This document shows, piece after piece, positions 35,472-47,109 of a stretch of DNA of 64,000 nucleotides. Position numbers and translations under genes: made by a program. The notes under the pieces are model-generated. The model did not search any database. It was not told the origin of the DNA and saw nothing but the letters and a program-made list of their open reading frames with translations. The stretch spans positions 62,001 through 126,000 of the forward strand of contig JAVECO010000046.1 in the NCBI GenBank assembly GCA_051942205.1, given 5' to 3'. The DNA comes from Coniocarpon cinnabarinum (taxonomy: Eukaryota). Numbering within the stretch: position 1 is the stretch's first letter; every line of letters starts with the position of its first letter.

Positions 35472-35557
35472 GGGTCCAACCGCGATTCGAACGCGGGGCC
35501 TCTCGCAGATGAGACAATCAACCCAAAGCGAGAATCATACCACTAGACCATTGGACC
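35472..35557 (-). tRNA. tRNA-Pro(TGG) with a ~14-nt canonical intron
   Basis: GGTCCAA/TTGGACC acceptor stem; TGGTCTAGTGG A box; CTCGC-TT-TGG-G[intron]T-GCGAG anticodon arm; CCGCG-TTCGAAT-CGCGG T arm. Confidence 0.95.
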
Positions 35558-36896
35558 GTCGATTCGTAGATAAACTGACGTCAACATGATCGACATTCGC
35601 AAAATGTATAAAATATATAGAAAGACAATTGCGAAACGCCTGTCTTTTCGGGAGGCGAGAGGTATTCACGACCTACCTATGCCACCGCTTTCGAAACACG
35701 CCAAGCCTTTGGCGGAGTAAGCCTACAAGTAGTACTTCGTGCACCTCGCCCATGAGCAGTGATATACGTCCTTGGCTCGTTCAAACAATAGTATGCGAGT
35801 GTCTGGTAGGCCTCTGTCCTGGACTCTATCTGTCCTCCTTCGGCGAAAGCTTGTCAAAGTGCATCGAATCGAGCCCTGTACCGCAGAAGAAAGAAGACGC
35901 GCTGTCATATGTCTCCACGAGGTCTTAGGGCCCGTGAAGAGAAGGTGGAAAGGTCGTTCCTCATGAACGTCTCACGCATGACCTAGATAGGCGAATGCGG
36001 CAAAGACCTATATAGAGACGACTTCCCATTCAAGCGGATGCTTCGGAAGCGGAGCATGACTATTCTAGTGATGAAACAAGGAGGATCGTGGAAGCCAGCA
36101 TTCCAGCATCGCTTGCAAGCTCGCGGAGGGTTCGGCTAATCAAACAGGTGTCCTCGTCGAGACTGTCGACCAAATTGCCACCATCAACAAGGTGATTGCA
36201 CGACTATATCCACTCTTCGCTATTAGCATCCCACTGCCTATAAGCCGCAGATGCGCCAAGTGGGTCAGAAGGAATCATCTCCACCTGCAGGTCACGGAAG
36301 CCGCACAGGGAGCTCCGTTGTGGAGAAGAGAACGTTACTGCTGCTGCGCGGTCCGAAGGGCGGAACATGAAGCGGTATCGTGGTCGCAAAGAGTAAGGTA
36401 TTTGTATCTTTGGATTCCAGTGTGGGCGTGCACGGGCCGGGCGGGCTTGGTAGCGCAGTGACCGCGGCGCAGGGGCAGGGTGACGCCCTGAGCTCGGCGC
36501 AGTGCCATGTTTCCTGAGTCGCGTGTAGATCTGCCGGGCATCCGAGCCACGTCATGGCAGGCCTCGTCCAATCAATGTGGGTCGCTACATCAAACAGACA
36601 AAGGGAAAGCTCCGCGACAACTCTCTCGAGCATCCGTTGGCCAACACTTTTCAGTCCACAACACCTCCAGCGGCCAGACTTTCGCTCTAGATCCCTCGTA
36701 TGCCATTCCAAGAATCCCGTCAAGTCTCGGTCTTTGCCCTTGGCAACTACTCTCATTAATATTAACTGTACAGCCACCTTACGCTTTTGCCGCCCAGTAC
36801 CAAAAATCTCTCACTATTTTTTGCTCGTCCCATGCTGGTACCCCGTGGCTCGTAGCACTTCTTGAAATCCTCACACGCAACGCGACTTGATCGACC

Positions 36897-38224
36897 ATGG
36901 CTTACAAGCAACCTCGACCAGCCTTCTATCCTGCGCATAGTAGCTATGGCGACAGCCAAGCTTATTCGATGGACCCACCCGGACAGCGCTTCGTCCAAAG
37001 CCATGACCCGACGTTGGCGCAAAGTCTGCCCTCCCGGCCAGCACCTAGTGGCTCGCAACGCTTTCACCCACGATACTGGTCGAAACGCACTCGCATCATC
37101 GTGGGAGCTGTGATAGGTGTCATTCTCTTGATCATCATCATTGCCGCAGCCGTAGCAGGGTCGAAAAACAATAGCTATCCTGATTACACGCCTCTTACCT
37201 ACAATATTGTTGACACATGTTCGTCATACTCTTATACTCATTGGAAGCATACCTTCTTACTGACTTACGCTCGCAGATGAGCCCGCTACCTTCTTCCAAA
37301 ACTTCCAGTACTTCACTGGATATGATCCAACTGGTGGCTTCGTACATTATGATTCCATGCAATACGCAACCAACCCCACCTACAATACCACGTTTGTCTC
37401 GCCCGAGTCAGCGTTTGTCCAAGTGGATCGATCTGGCAGCAACGAAATTACCGGGCGTCACAGCGCTCGGGTCACGAGCCTGAAGCAGTACAACGACGGC
37501 TTGTTTCTCTTCGACGTCAAGCACTCGCCCTATGGATGTGCGACTTGGCCTGCTATCTGGCTGACTGACCCTAGCAATTGGTGGGTTTGCTGCTTCTCTA
37601 GAAACCACCCCAAGAAGATGCTGACGTGCTGACTCCAGGCCTCTGCATGGGGAAATTGACATCGTCGAAACAGTCAACCAAGGCTCTTCAGGCGTACACA
37701 GTACTTTGCATACAACGAATGACTGCTCTATGAAAGTCAAGAGGAAGCAAAGCGGCAGCGTGGATGGCAAGAACTGTTACAATGGCACTGACGCCAACAA
37801 TGGTTGCGGAGTTGTCGGTGCAACCGACACCTATGGTGCTGCTCTGAATCAAAACGGTGGTGGCGTTTACGCCTGTGAACTTCGGAAAGAGGGCATCCGG
37901 ATCTGGTTTTTTGCACGTGCTTCATTGCCAGGTGATGTCTCCACTGCCATCAACAGCGGCGAGGCCGACACCACGCGTCCCGATCCTTCAAAATGGGGTG
38001 AAGCGTTGGCCGACTTCCCGAGCACTGACTGCGACATTGGCAGTCACTTCAAAAACCAATCCATCATCATCAACATATCTTTGTGTGGGCAGTGGGCTGG
38101 AAGAGATTATAACACGGTAGACAAGTGTCCTGGCAATTGCCAGGATTACGTCGCTCAAAATCCTGCAGCGTTTGATCAGGCGTACTGGGAGCTCGGCCGA
38201 TTTAAGGTATTTCAAGCAACTTGA
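36897..38224 (+). CDS. GH16 endo-1,3(4)-beta-glucanase-like, type II membrane-anchored (3 exons)
   Basis: TM helix IIVGAVIGVILLIIIIAAAVAG; YDPTGGFVHY; GCATWPAIW; catalytic GEIDIVE after intron 37581-37638; first intron 37219-37276. Confidence 0.92.
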
Positions 38225-38963
38225 ATGGTCCAGACTATAAAATTCATGGGGAGAGAGTCATGTTCTGGACTTACCTAGTACGTGGATGATGAGGAGACGT
38301 TGTAATGAAGACATGCATTGCATTGGGATCGTTCTGGACAATTGGGATCTCGGAACTGCAGAGCACGGGTTTGCGAGCAGGAACAAATTGTAAGATTTAT
38401 TGAAGGGAGTACCATCCACCGTGGTTGAGTTGTAGTGAAGATCTATCTGAAGAACACTTAACTGTTGCTCTTGCTGTGCATGAAATGACGACACTGTCAA
38501 TCGACGTTCAAGAGCCTACCTTACCCTGTTTCACCTTGCGACTCGTGTTAGAAATTTTCGCGGATCTGGGCCGCTAGTACCGTTCCTGACATGTGCATTC
38601 CACGGCTGCGCTAGCCCCTAGTTCCCGTTTGCTGGCTTTTTCGATCGCACAGGTGTCTGAAATTGAAGTGACCAACGTGTGTTCAGTATATCTGTTTGTT
38701 GCACAGCATCTTGCCAGCGCATATGCAACCCGATCCCATCGTCGAGGCATCAATGCGAACGGAGCTTGCATGACCTTGGATTCATTGATCTGGAATGTGG
38801 AAGCTCAGGCTGATATCGCACTTGTCGGGGACAATATCATCATCGCCATTACCATTTCCTAGGTTCTCAAGACCGCTAGCGTCGTTAGCCTGATCCAAAG
38901 ATTTTCATTTGTGGCCTTAATTTCTACTCAAGGACCTTTGCGAAAAGTTGTAATAAACCGAGC

Positions 38964-40292
38964 ATGGCCGGGCAAGATGTAGTCGCGGGCTTGCTCTCTC
39001 TTCGGTCCGTCCGACAGCGCGCATGGCTCCTCGCTCCTGCCCTTCGCGCCAACACACTTTCGCACTTTCACGTCTCGCTTTCGCATTTGGAGTCAGGCGT
39101 GCTGCCGGCTGTTGTCGATTCGATCCGTAATTACGTTGGTACCAGACCGCTTTCGAGCATCCCGCCTCATGGTCGATGGCAGCACTTCTCTGCAGGATCC
39201 ATTCCTCGTCTGGACAATCTCGTAGCTCGTTGGCAAGCGGACGGGGTATCCCCCGAGCTAATTGTAAAACGGGTCATTGATCTCACGGTGGTGTCTGTTC
39301 TCTTGGATGCGGGAGCCGGGGATGAATGGAAGTATGTTGAGGACGGCAGAGAGTACAACCGCAGCGAAGGATTGGCAGTCGCCAGTTTCCATATGTTTGC
39401 GTCGGGTCTTTTCTCCTCTGACGATAACGATCCCTTTCGGGTTGATGCTCAGGGTCTGGAGAGCCTAACGACTGCACGACTTGCGATGGGTTTGCAAATA
39501 ACATCAACCAATCTGATGGCGGGGCTCCATGGTAGAGCTGACCTCTTGCGTGATCTGGTAACCGTACTTGGCAATAGCGAATACTTCGGCAACGAGGCCC
39601 GACCAGGTGGAATGGTGACTTACTTGGGCTTAGGTGAGGAGTCTCTAGCTACACATAACTCCAAAGCGATAGACATCAAGGATCTGTGGGACGTACTCAC
39701 CCTAGGGCTTGGTGCCATCTGGCCATGTCGTACGACGGTCTCCGACACCAACATTGGCGACGCTTGGCATTACCCTCCGATCTCCCAGATGCAAGTGACT
39801 GGCGAAAACAGATATACGGGTACAGAGGCCGAAGACATCCTGCCATTTCACAAACTCACCCAGTGGCTTTGTTACAGCATACTGATACCTCTCAAGCGTC
39901 TGGCTGGAGTTACTGTTGCCGGGGAGGAGCTATTAACAGGGCTACCTGAATACAGAAACGGGGGACTGTTTGTAGACTGTGGTGTTTTGACTCTCAAACA
40001 AGAGGATGCAGAGCGTGGACTGACACGTGCGAAGAGTCAAAACAGGTTTGCCGATGTTGATGTCCCGCTGTTTGAGCCAAAAGACGAAGTCATGGTCGAG
40101 TGGCGAGCACTGACGATCGTGCTCCTGGACATGCTTCTACCCATGGTGAACGAAAGACTCGGGGAAGAGATGGCTCTTGCACAGATGCTTGAGGCTGGCT
40201 CGTGGGCGGCGGGTCGACGAGTGGCAGCGCAAAAGAGGCCGAGGACCAAAGGGCCACCTATTGGAATATTGAGTGACGGGACAGTCTTCTGA
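38964..40292 (+). CDS. URC4: Uracil catabolism protein 4 / Urg3 (DUF1688)
   Basis: IPPHGRWQHF, VSVLLDAGAG, RSEGLAVAS, PFHKLTQWLCYS, TGLPEYRNGGLF, VEWRALT, C-terminal SDGTVF. Confidence 0.92.
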   Translation: MAGQDVVAGLLSLRSVRQRAWLLAPALRANTLSHFHVSLSHLESGVLPAVVDSIRNYVGTRPLSSIPPHGRWQHFSAGSIPRLDNLVARWQADGVSPELIVKRVIDLTVVSVLLDAGAGDEWKYVEDGREYNRSEGLAVASFHMFASGLFSSDDNDPFRVDAQGLESLTTARLAMGLQITSTNLMAGLHGRADLLRDLVTVLGNSEYFGNEARPGGMVTYLGLGEESLATHNSKAIDIKDLWDVLTLGLGAIWPCRTTVSDTNIGDAWHYPPISQMQVTGENRYTGTEAEDILPFHKLTQWLCYSILIPLKRLAGVTVAGEELLTGLPEYRNGGLFVDCGVLTLKQEDAERGLTRAKSQNRFADVDVPLFEPKDEVMVEWRALTIVLLDMLLPMVNERLGEEMALAQMLEAGSWAAGRRVAAQKRPRTKGPPIGILSDGTVF

Positions 40293-41263
40293 GGGTCTAG
40301 GAGTCTAGTGGTATGTAGAGAGGCGGTGCATCTAGAGAGCATCGATACTAAAAGGGGATATGCCTGAAAGGTGCTAGATCATGGGGCACGTAGGGTTGAA
40401 GGGCGCTGGCGAATGGATGGGCTCTGATCATCTGAGACGCCGGCAGACAGCACCTTCTGGAGCGTCTCCCAGACATGCTTCAAAGATGGGAAAGGTTCAA
40501 AGGAGAAGGCATCTGATGACATGCATGACGTTAAAAAGAGCTCAGCAAGCTCTCTCTCAGTAGGGGCAAGGCGGCAGCAGAGCCTCAACAGTCAAAGTCT
40601 CAGAAGAGGAATGGCGCCATTTGGTAGTTGTGCCTCATTTTCACTCTAATTTGGTCACCATTGACACTGCTTGAGACGCTCTGGTGTTGACGACCTTGCT
40701 CTCAGCGCAGCATCAACGAGTGCAAGAAATCCCTGGCCCACGAATGGGGCTGCGTGATGGGTCATTGACCCTTGCGTGTTTCACCAGGGGCGCATGATCG
40801 CCTGTGCGTTGCGCCAGCCACGCAAGCAGAGCAGGATGGTTGCAAAGGCGCACGTGAAGGCTCGCACTTCGTCTTCCCATTGCTGGTCGGAACGCTCGTT
40901 GACACTGTGTCATTACTCCAATCCCTCACTGAACCAGCGCAGTCATGGCACACGGAAGCACTTTCACACCATCTACAACAAACCACCTCAAGGCCACCCG
41001 GGTTGCCAAGCAAATGGATCCACGCGGCATCCCGTACGCCAAGCACTCTAGCACCGCCTGCGTTTCGCTACTAAAGGGATGGCCTTTACATATCATTGAT
41101 GCTGATCATTCAACGTTGCTGTTGCCAAGGTTCTTCGCAGCTTCGAATCTGAGCCTGAGACGGGCTCCGGAGCATTGCCTCGTTGTGCTGTCCCCGACCC
41201 TCCGCACGCTCCGATCGTCACAAATGCGGCCGCCGATTCCGCCTCCATCTCACAGACTCGGAC

Positions 41264-44200
41264 ATGCTCTCTTCCAAATCCCACAAATACACCCCAGTCC
41301 AGGACGAAGAGGACTTCCGCGATGACAAGGATGCTCCCACGTCCCCAGAGGATTTGAATCGAGAGGACCCGCTCTCATATGCAAATGGACAGTGGGCCTC
41401 CGATAGCGAAGATGACGAATATCGCAATGACAAGTCCAAGACAAAACTATTGTCCGGGCGATCGCGGAGTCGACGGAAGTCCGTTAGTTCGTTGGGGTCC
41501 GACGACTCTACGCATGGCGGATCGGGAGCATACACACATCGCAGAATCAGCTCACGAATACGAAGTATAGGATCGTTACCAACACAGCACCTCTCACCTC
41601 GGCGCATTGGCGTCGCGGTGGTGGTTGTCCTTGTGCTCGTCGTTTTGCTGGGTTCTTGGAAGGGCTCTTCCTATCTCCCTCACGTCACGCCGACGTATCA
41701 ATCAAACGTGCGCATCGATGGCGAATCACCAGCTTGGTATCCGTCTCCACGGGGTGGGACCATGCCGCGATGGGAGGCGGCGTACGAGAAGGCTTGGGAC
41801 ATGGTCCGAAACATGACTCTGGCTGAAAAGGTCAACATCACCACGGGTACGGGCTGGATGATGGGCCTCTGTGTTGGCAACACGGGACCTGCAATGGATG
41901 TCGGCTTTCCAAGCTTGTGCCTTCAGGATGGTCCACTCGGCTTGCGCTTTGCGGACAACATCACTGCTAGCCCGGCAGGGATCACGGTTGGTGCGACGTG
42001 GAGCCCTGCCTTGATGTACAAAAGAGGTCGCATGATGGGTTATGAAGCGCGAAGAAAAGGCGTCAACGTCATACTGGGACCGAGCGTTGGTGCATTTGGG
42101 CGTGTGCCTGCCGGTGGACGCAACTGGGAGTCCTTTGGCGTTGATCCAATTGTACAAAGCTATGGCGCAGCGTTGACGATTCGCGGTATTCAAGAAGAGG
42201 GTGTCATGGCCACTGTGAAGCACTTTGTGGCCAATGAGCAGGAACATTACCGGCAGGCATTTGAATGGGGAACCTCCGAGGGCATGAGCTCGAATCTGGA
42301 TGAACGAACGCTACATGAACTATACGGGTGGCCTTTCGCGGACGCGGTTCGAGCAGGTGTGAGCAGTGTAATGTGCTCCTACAATCAGGTCAACAACTCG
42401 TACGCATGTCAGAACAGCAAATTGCTCAACGGATTCATCAAAGACGAGTTAGGCTTTCAGGGCTTCATTCAGTCAGACTGGCTTGCGCAGAGAAGCGGCG
42501 TCGCCAGCGCTCTGGCTGGATTGGACATGAGTATGCCCGGTGACGGAGTTCATTGGGCTGACGGCATACCATTCTGGGGCCCATATCTGACCGAGGCAGT
42601 TCTTAACGAGACTCTGCCGCTAGAAAGGTTGAATGATATGGTCACCAGGATCGTTGCAGCTTGGTACCAAATTGGCCAAGATGGGTGGCCAAAGCCGCCG
42701 CCACTGGGTGATGGAGGCCCAAATTTCTCATCGTGGACGGATGAAGAAACTGGTGTGGTCGCGCCTGGCAGCGACGACGATGCGACCCGTGTTGTCAACC
42801 AGCATCTTGATGCAGCGTCCGGCAGCGGGTTTTCTCATCCCGGACTGGCCCGGCGCATTGCTGCTGAAGGGACCGTATTGCTCAAGAACGCTGGCGATGT
42901 TCTTCCCCTGAGTCGAAACGGGTGGTCGCAATCAGACGAAGAAGAATACGAAATCGACATGGACGGCCACAAGATCCGTGTCGCAATCTTCGGCGAGGAC
43001 GCGGTAGTGCCTGAGGGTGGCCCAAATCAATGCGCTGATCGCGGCTGCAACAAAGGCACGTTGGCCGTAGGATGGGGCTCTGGTGCGACAGAATTTTCCT
43101 ACCTCGTCTCTCCGTGGGAAGCACTCAAGCGTGACTTTAAGAAAAGCGCGGTGGATTTGGTGCTGTCTGGAGAGCCCAGTAACGTCAAAGGCAAAGGTCA
43201 AGAGCCGGTAAAGGCAGAAGAGCAAGATCTGTGCATCGTTTTCGTCAACTCGGCCGGTGGTGAAGGCTTCATTGCGTCGGATGGCATCAAGGGCGACCGC
43301 AACGACTTGCATCTCTCAAAGAATGGCGACAAGCTGATCAGAGATATTGCCGACCGCTGTGGTAGGGCCGCCTCTTCCCCTTTTGCGAGGATGCAGCCCG
43401 TCGACGATCGCGTGGACGGCCCGAACGCGAAGCGTGGCAGCGGCAATGGACTCGGTGGACGAGGCAATGTGATCGTTGTCATTCATGCCATTGGCCCTGT
43501 CCTGCTGGAAAAGTTCATTGAGCATCCAAATGTTGCGGGCGTACTGATGGCTAACCTCCCCGGTCAAGAGTCAGGCCATGCGCTTGCTGACGTTCTCTTT
43601 GGACGCGTGAATCCGTCTGGCCACTTGCCTTATACGATTGCGAAGAAGTTTGACGATTATGGACCAGCCAAGGATCTGATTTATTCTTCATCGGATCCAA
43701 TTCCACAGCAGAATTTCAGCGAAGGCCTGCTTGTGGACTATAGATGGTTCGATGCCAACAAGCTTACGCCACGCTATGAATTCGGATACGGTTTGTCCTT
43801 TTCTGCTTTTTCCATGGGCAACCTGCAGATCACTCAAAAGTACACCGAACACCCTGAGCCGTTCCCAGAAGGTCGTCTTCCAGACGAGGTCGAGCCCCCA
43901 CCATACAGCGACAAGATACCGCCCCCCTCCGAAGCATTTTTCCCATCTGGATTTCGAAAACTTAAGAAATTTATATACCCTTATATCGAGCCCGACACAG
44001 TCATCACACCTGATCTCGACCCAGAGTGGAAGCACTTTCCCCTTGAGACACCCTCACCTGCCGGGGGAGGGGAGGGGGGCAACCCAGCGCTGTACGAAGA
44101 ACTCGTGCAAGTCGAAGTCGACGTCACAAACCTGGGCGAAAGATCTGGGCATGCTGTACCACAACTTTACATTGTCTTTCCCGAGGAAGTCATGGATGGT

Positions 44201-45130
44201 GAGGCACCGGTTGAGTTCCCACCTCGTGTGCTGAGAGGATTCGACAAAATTCGTCTCAGAGGCAGCGTCAGCGCGCCTAGTCCTGGAAGCGCTCTTCCAG
44301 ACCAGGCCATCCGGCAACACAATCTTGCTTCAGCGGGCCAAGCAAAGCCGATGACGCCACGCGAAAAATTGGACGCCATGATTGTGGCTGCAAAGAAGCA
44401 AAAGAAAATCAAAGACCAGGCGTTGGCAGGGGGTGTCGAGAATGATGAGCGACCGGATGAGGCGGTCCCAGTGGAGTCGCTTGTCCCGCGTGGTGATCCG
44501 ACTGTCCATACGCATGTGCATGCCAGCAACACTTCGTCTTCGACATTGGACACGGATGCCAGCGGGCACAATGATGGCAACCAGGAATACCTCCATCAAC
44601 ATGATAAGCGGATCGACCCCGCCGGTCTAGCTGATGACCCCGAAACCAAAGCCAAGAGTGAGGGACAGAACGCAGAAGCTGCTGTCGCATCAGCAAAGGC
44701 AGTCGCTGAAGAGGCGGCCACGCCCGTCCCCGATCTTCCTGAGCCGCCACCACCTCCTGAGGAAGGGGAGCCCCCACCGGAGCCTGTTGACGGAGACATT
44801 GTCAGCTATGATTCACATGCTCCACTGCCAGGGCCGACGATGGCGCCGAACTTTTCGAACCCAGATCACGTAGGTCACCCTCGAGTGTACGACATCAAAG
44901 AGGTGAAAGAAGATGAATGGGCAGACGGAGGACGAATACACAACCGAGTCGGTCAACCGCCGATTCATTATGCGACTGGAGAGCGCCAGACAGTCACGTT
45001 TTACTTGACGAGGAGGGATCTGAGTTATTGGAGCGTACAATCAGGAAACTGGGTGATCCCTCACGGGACATTCGGCATCGAGGTCGGCTGGAGTAGTAGA
45101 GACATTGTGGTGAGAGGAAGGTTGTGGTGA
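41264..45130 (+). CDS. GH3 beta-glucosidase, BglE-like, with N-terminal membrane anchor
   Basis: TM helix; LCLQDGPLG; GGRNWE; KHFVANEQE; nucleophile QSDW; PGQESG; C-terminal Fn3-like RVLRGFDK...LTRRDLSYW. Confidence 0.93.
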   Translation: MLSSKSHKYTPVQDEEDFRDDKDAPTSPEDLNREDPLSYANGQWASDSEDDEYRNDKSKTKLLSGRSRSRRKSVSSLGSDDSTHGGSGAYTHRRISSRIRSIGSLPTQHLSPRRIGVAVVVVLVLVVLLGSWKGSSYLPHVTPTYQSNVRIDGESPAWYPSPRGGTMPRWEAAYEKAWDMVRNMTLAEKVNITTGTGWMMGLCVGNTGPAMDVGFPSLCLQDGPLGLRFADNITASPAGITVGATWSPALMYKRGRMMGYEARRKGVNVILGPSVGAFGRVPAGGRNWESFGVDPIVQSYGAALTIRGIQEEGVMATVKHFVANEQEHYRQAFEWGTSEGMSSNLDERTLHELYGWPFADAVRAGVSSVMCSYNQVNNSYACQNSKLLNGFIKDELGFQGFIQSDWLAQRSGVASALAGLDMSMPGDGVHWADGIPFWGPYLTEAVLNETLPLERLNDMVTRIVAAWYQIGQDGWPKPPPLGDGGPNFSSWTDEETGVVAPGSDDDATRVVNQHLDAASGSGFSHPGLARRIAAEGTVLLKNAGDVLPLSRNGWSQSDEEEYEIDMDGHKIRVAIFGEDAVVPEGGPNQCADRGCNKGTLAVGWGSGATEFSYLVSPWEALKRDFKKSAVDLVLSGEPSNVKGKGQEPVKAEEQDLCIVFVNSAGGEGFIASDGIKGDRNDLHLSKNGDKLIRDIADRCGRAASSPFARMQPVDDRVDGPNAKRGSGNGLGGRGNVIVVIHAIGPVLLEKFIEHPNVAGVLMANLPGQESGHALADVLFGRVNPSGHLPYTIAKKFDDYGPAKDLIYSSSDPIPQQNFSEGLLVDYRWFDANKLTPRYEFGYGLSFSAFSMGNLQITQKYTEHPEPFPEGRLPDEVEPPPYSDKIPPPSEAFFPSGFRKLKKFIYPYIEPDTVITPDLDPEWKHFPLETPSPAGGGEGGNPALYEELVQVEVDVTNLGERSGHAVPQLYIVFPEEVMDGEAPVEFPPRVLRGFDKIRLRGSVSAPSPGSALPDQAIRQHNLASAGQAKPMTPREKLDAMIVAAKKQKKIKDQALAGGVENDERPDEAVPVESLVPRGDPTVHTHVHASNTSSSTLDTDASGHNDGNQEYLHQHDKRIDPAGLADDPETKAKSEGQNAEAAVASAKAVAEEAATPVPDLPEPPPPPEEGEPPPEPVDGDIVSYDSHAPLPGPTMAPNFSNPDHVGHPRVYDIKEVKEDEWADGGRIHNRVGQPPIHYATGERQTVTFYLTRRDLSYWSVQSGNWVIPHGTFGIEVGWSSRDIVVRGRLW

Positions 45131-45718
45131 ATGATACCCATGTCGATGTGGCGAGAGTCCTCGTTATAGCCGCGCAACAAGAGAGACAGAGAGCGCGGAG
45201 ATCATGACAATGGAAAGAGGAGCGGACGAAGAACGAGAGCGATGCTAAAAGGTTGAACGGCAACGACGAAGCAAAACCCCAAAAATAGTAGACACACGTG
45301 CGGATGGGAGCACAGGCATATCTGCGTTTCATAGAGCATTGGTAGATGTAAGAATATTGCATAGCACACTTGCTTTCGACTAGCAATCTTGTCATTCGAA
45401 TAATGACTTCATCTGGGTGGTTGAAGTCAATTCATGCATTCTCGGCACAAATCGTGCCCATACATCCATGCGGTGGCCGCTGTTTGTCGAGATGGCCTGT
45501 GCGCCAAATTTCTCCAAACGTCCACCCCCAATGACCAAAGCAACCATGCACTGACCAAATACCCATCTTGACAACTTGGCCCACTGTTCAATAGCTATTT
45601 ATTCGGTCTGTCGCCGGTATAGATGAGTCTGGCAGTGTCTGGCAGCCAGCGACACCCACGACGCACCTCCTCCCGCAGCATCGCCCAAGACCTTGGAGAC
45701 GCGGGCGCGCGAGATAAG

Positions 45719-47109
45719 ATGCTGGTCTCTCTGACCGTCGGCAAGGTCGACGCAGGCGTCGCGGTGGGTCTCTGTCCCTCTGTGTAGCCAACTTCACAAT
45801 CTGACACCATGTGAATACAGGTCCTGCTCACAGAAGACAAACGCCTAGTATGCTCTCCCCTTCCACCATAATTCCACAAACGACCACAATTCCCCGCCTA
45901 CCACTCAATGAATATCTCTGGACGCTCAACCTCTCTGTTTACAAGTCAAAGACCAACTAATTCCTCACCTAGATCGAATTCCCCTCCATCCTCCTCCCCC
46001 CAGACATCTCCTCTGGCAGCATAATAGACGTCAACGTCTCCCGCAACTTCGCCGCCGAAAGCACCAGCGCCAAATCCTTCTCCACCCTCCAGTCCTCCAT
46101 CCTCTCCGCCTTCGGCGCCTCCGAACCCTCCACGCCCATCCTCCGCTGCCGCAATGCAACTCAAACCTCCGTCGTCCTCGAATGGGATCCCATCTCCCTC
46201 GCCACCGCGGATCTGCGAAGCCTCACTCTCTACCGGAATGGCAGCAAAGCAGGCGCCATTCCCAAGCCGTTCGAGAATACCAGTACGAAGATCAGTGGAC
46301 TTGCGGTGGACACGGAATATGCTTTTGCTCTTGTCCTGCGGACGAGTGCAGGGACGTTCAGTTCGGGGAAATTGAGTGTGCGGACGCATAAGATGACGGA
46401 TTTGTCAGGGATTACTATCACACCTGGTGTCATGGCGCCTGAGCTCTTAGAATCGCTCAGTCGGACCGTCGACAAAATGGGAGCCAAACTGATTGATTCC
46501 GTGCGGATCGATACGACACATTTCGTGTGCTCGGAGGGACGAGGCGCCGGCTGGGAAAAAGCGATGGAGATGAATGTGCCTGTCGTGTTGCCGGACTGGG
46601 TGAAGGGGTGTGAGCGCGAAGGCAGGATCGTGGGCGTGCGAGGGTACTATCTCAATGCTGATCCGAAGATGCGACAGTTAGGACCGGGGGTGGATTTGAG
46701 GCGGAGTTCGAGAGGGAGTGAAGACCGGGGCACGCCGCGGACTGAGATTACGCCGCCGACGCCGGAGAGGGGACCAGGACGCAATGGGGCTGAGAGTAGC
46801 GAGGATGAGAGTGAGGATGAAGTCGTGGGTACGGGGAGACCTGTGAAGGGGACGAATAGCGAGGGCGGGAGTGAAGACGAGGATGGGGATGTGAGCAAGC
46901 CTAAGGTGACGAACAGTGAAGGTGCGAGTCCGAGTGTGGATGCGAATGGTGAGAGTGATTCGGAAGAGGATGAGCAGATGGGGAATGAGAAGGACTTGGA
47001 AGTCCGAGCAGGACGGCCCGATGGCGACGGTGGAGATGTAGTCGATGATGTCGAAGAGACGAAGGCGCCGCCGACGCCGAGTCAGGCGTTTGACGAGGTG
47101 GAGCTGTGA
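45719..47109 (+). CDS. CHS5: Exomer subunit Chs5 (FN3 + BRCT), 3 exons
   Basis: MLVSLTVGKVDAGVA|VLLTEDKRL|IEFPSILLPPDISSGSIIDV; CRNATQTSVVLEWDP; RIDTTHFVC; acidic tail. Confidence 0.95.

Noticed and set aside
41183..41263. N-terminal extension of the GH3 ORF from a non-ATG start
   Set aside because: The first ATG at 41264 in good context gives a typical BglE-like cytosolic N-terminus.
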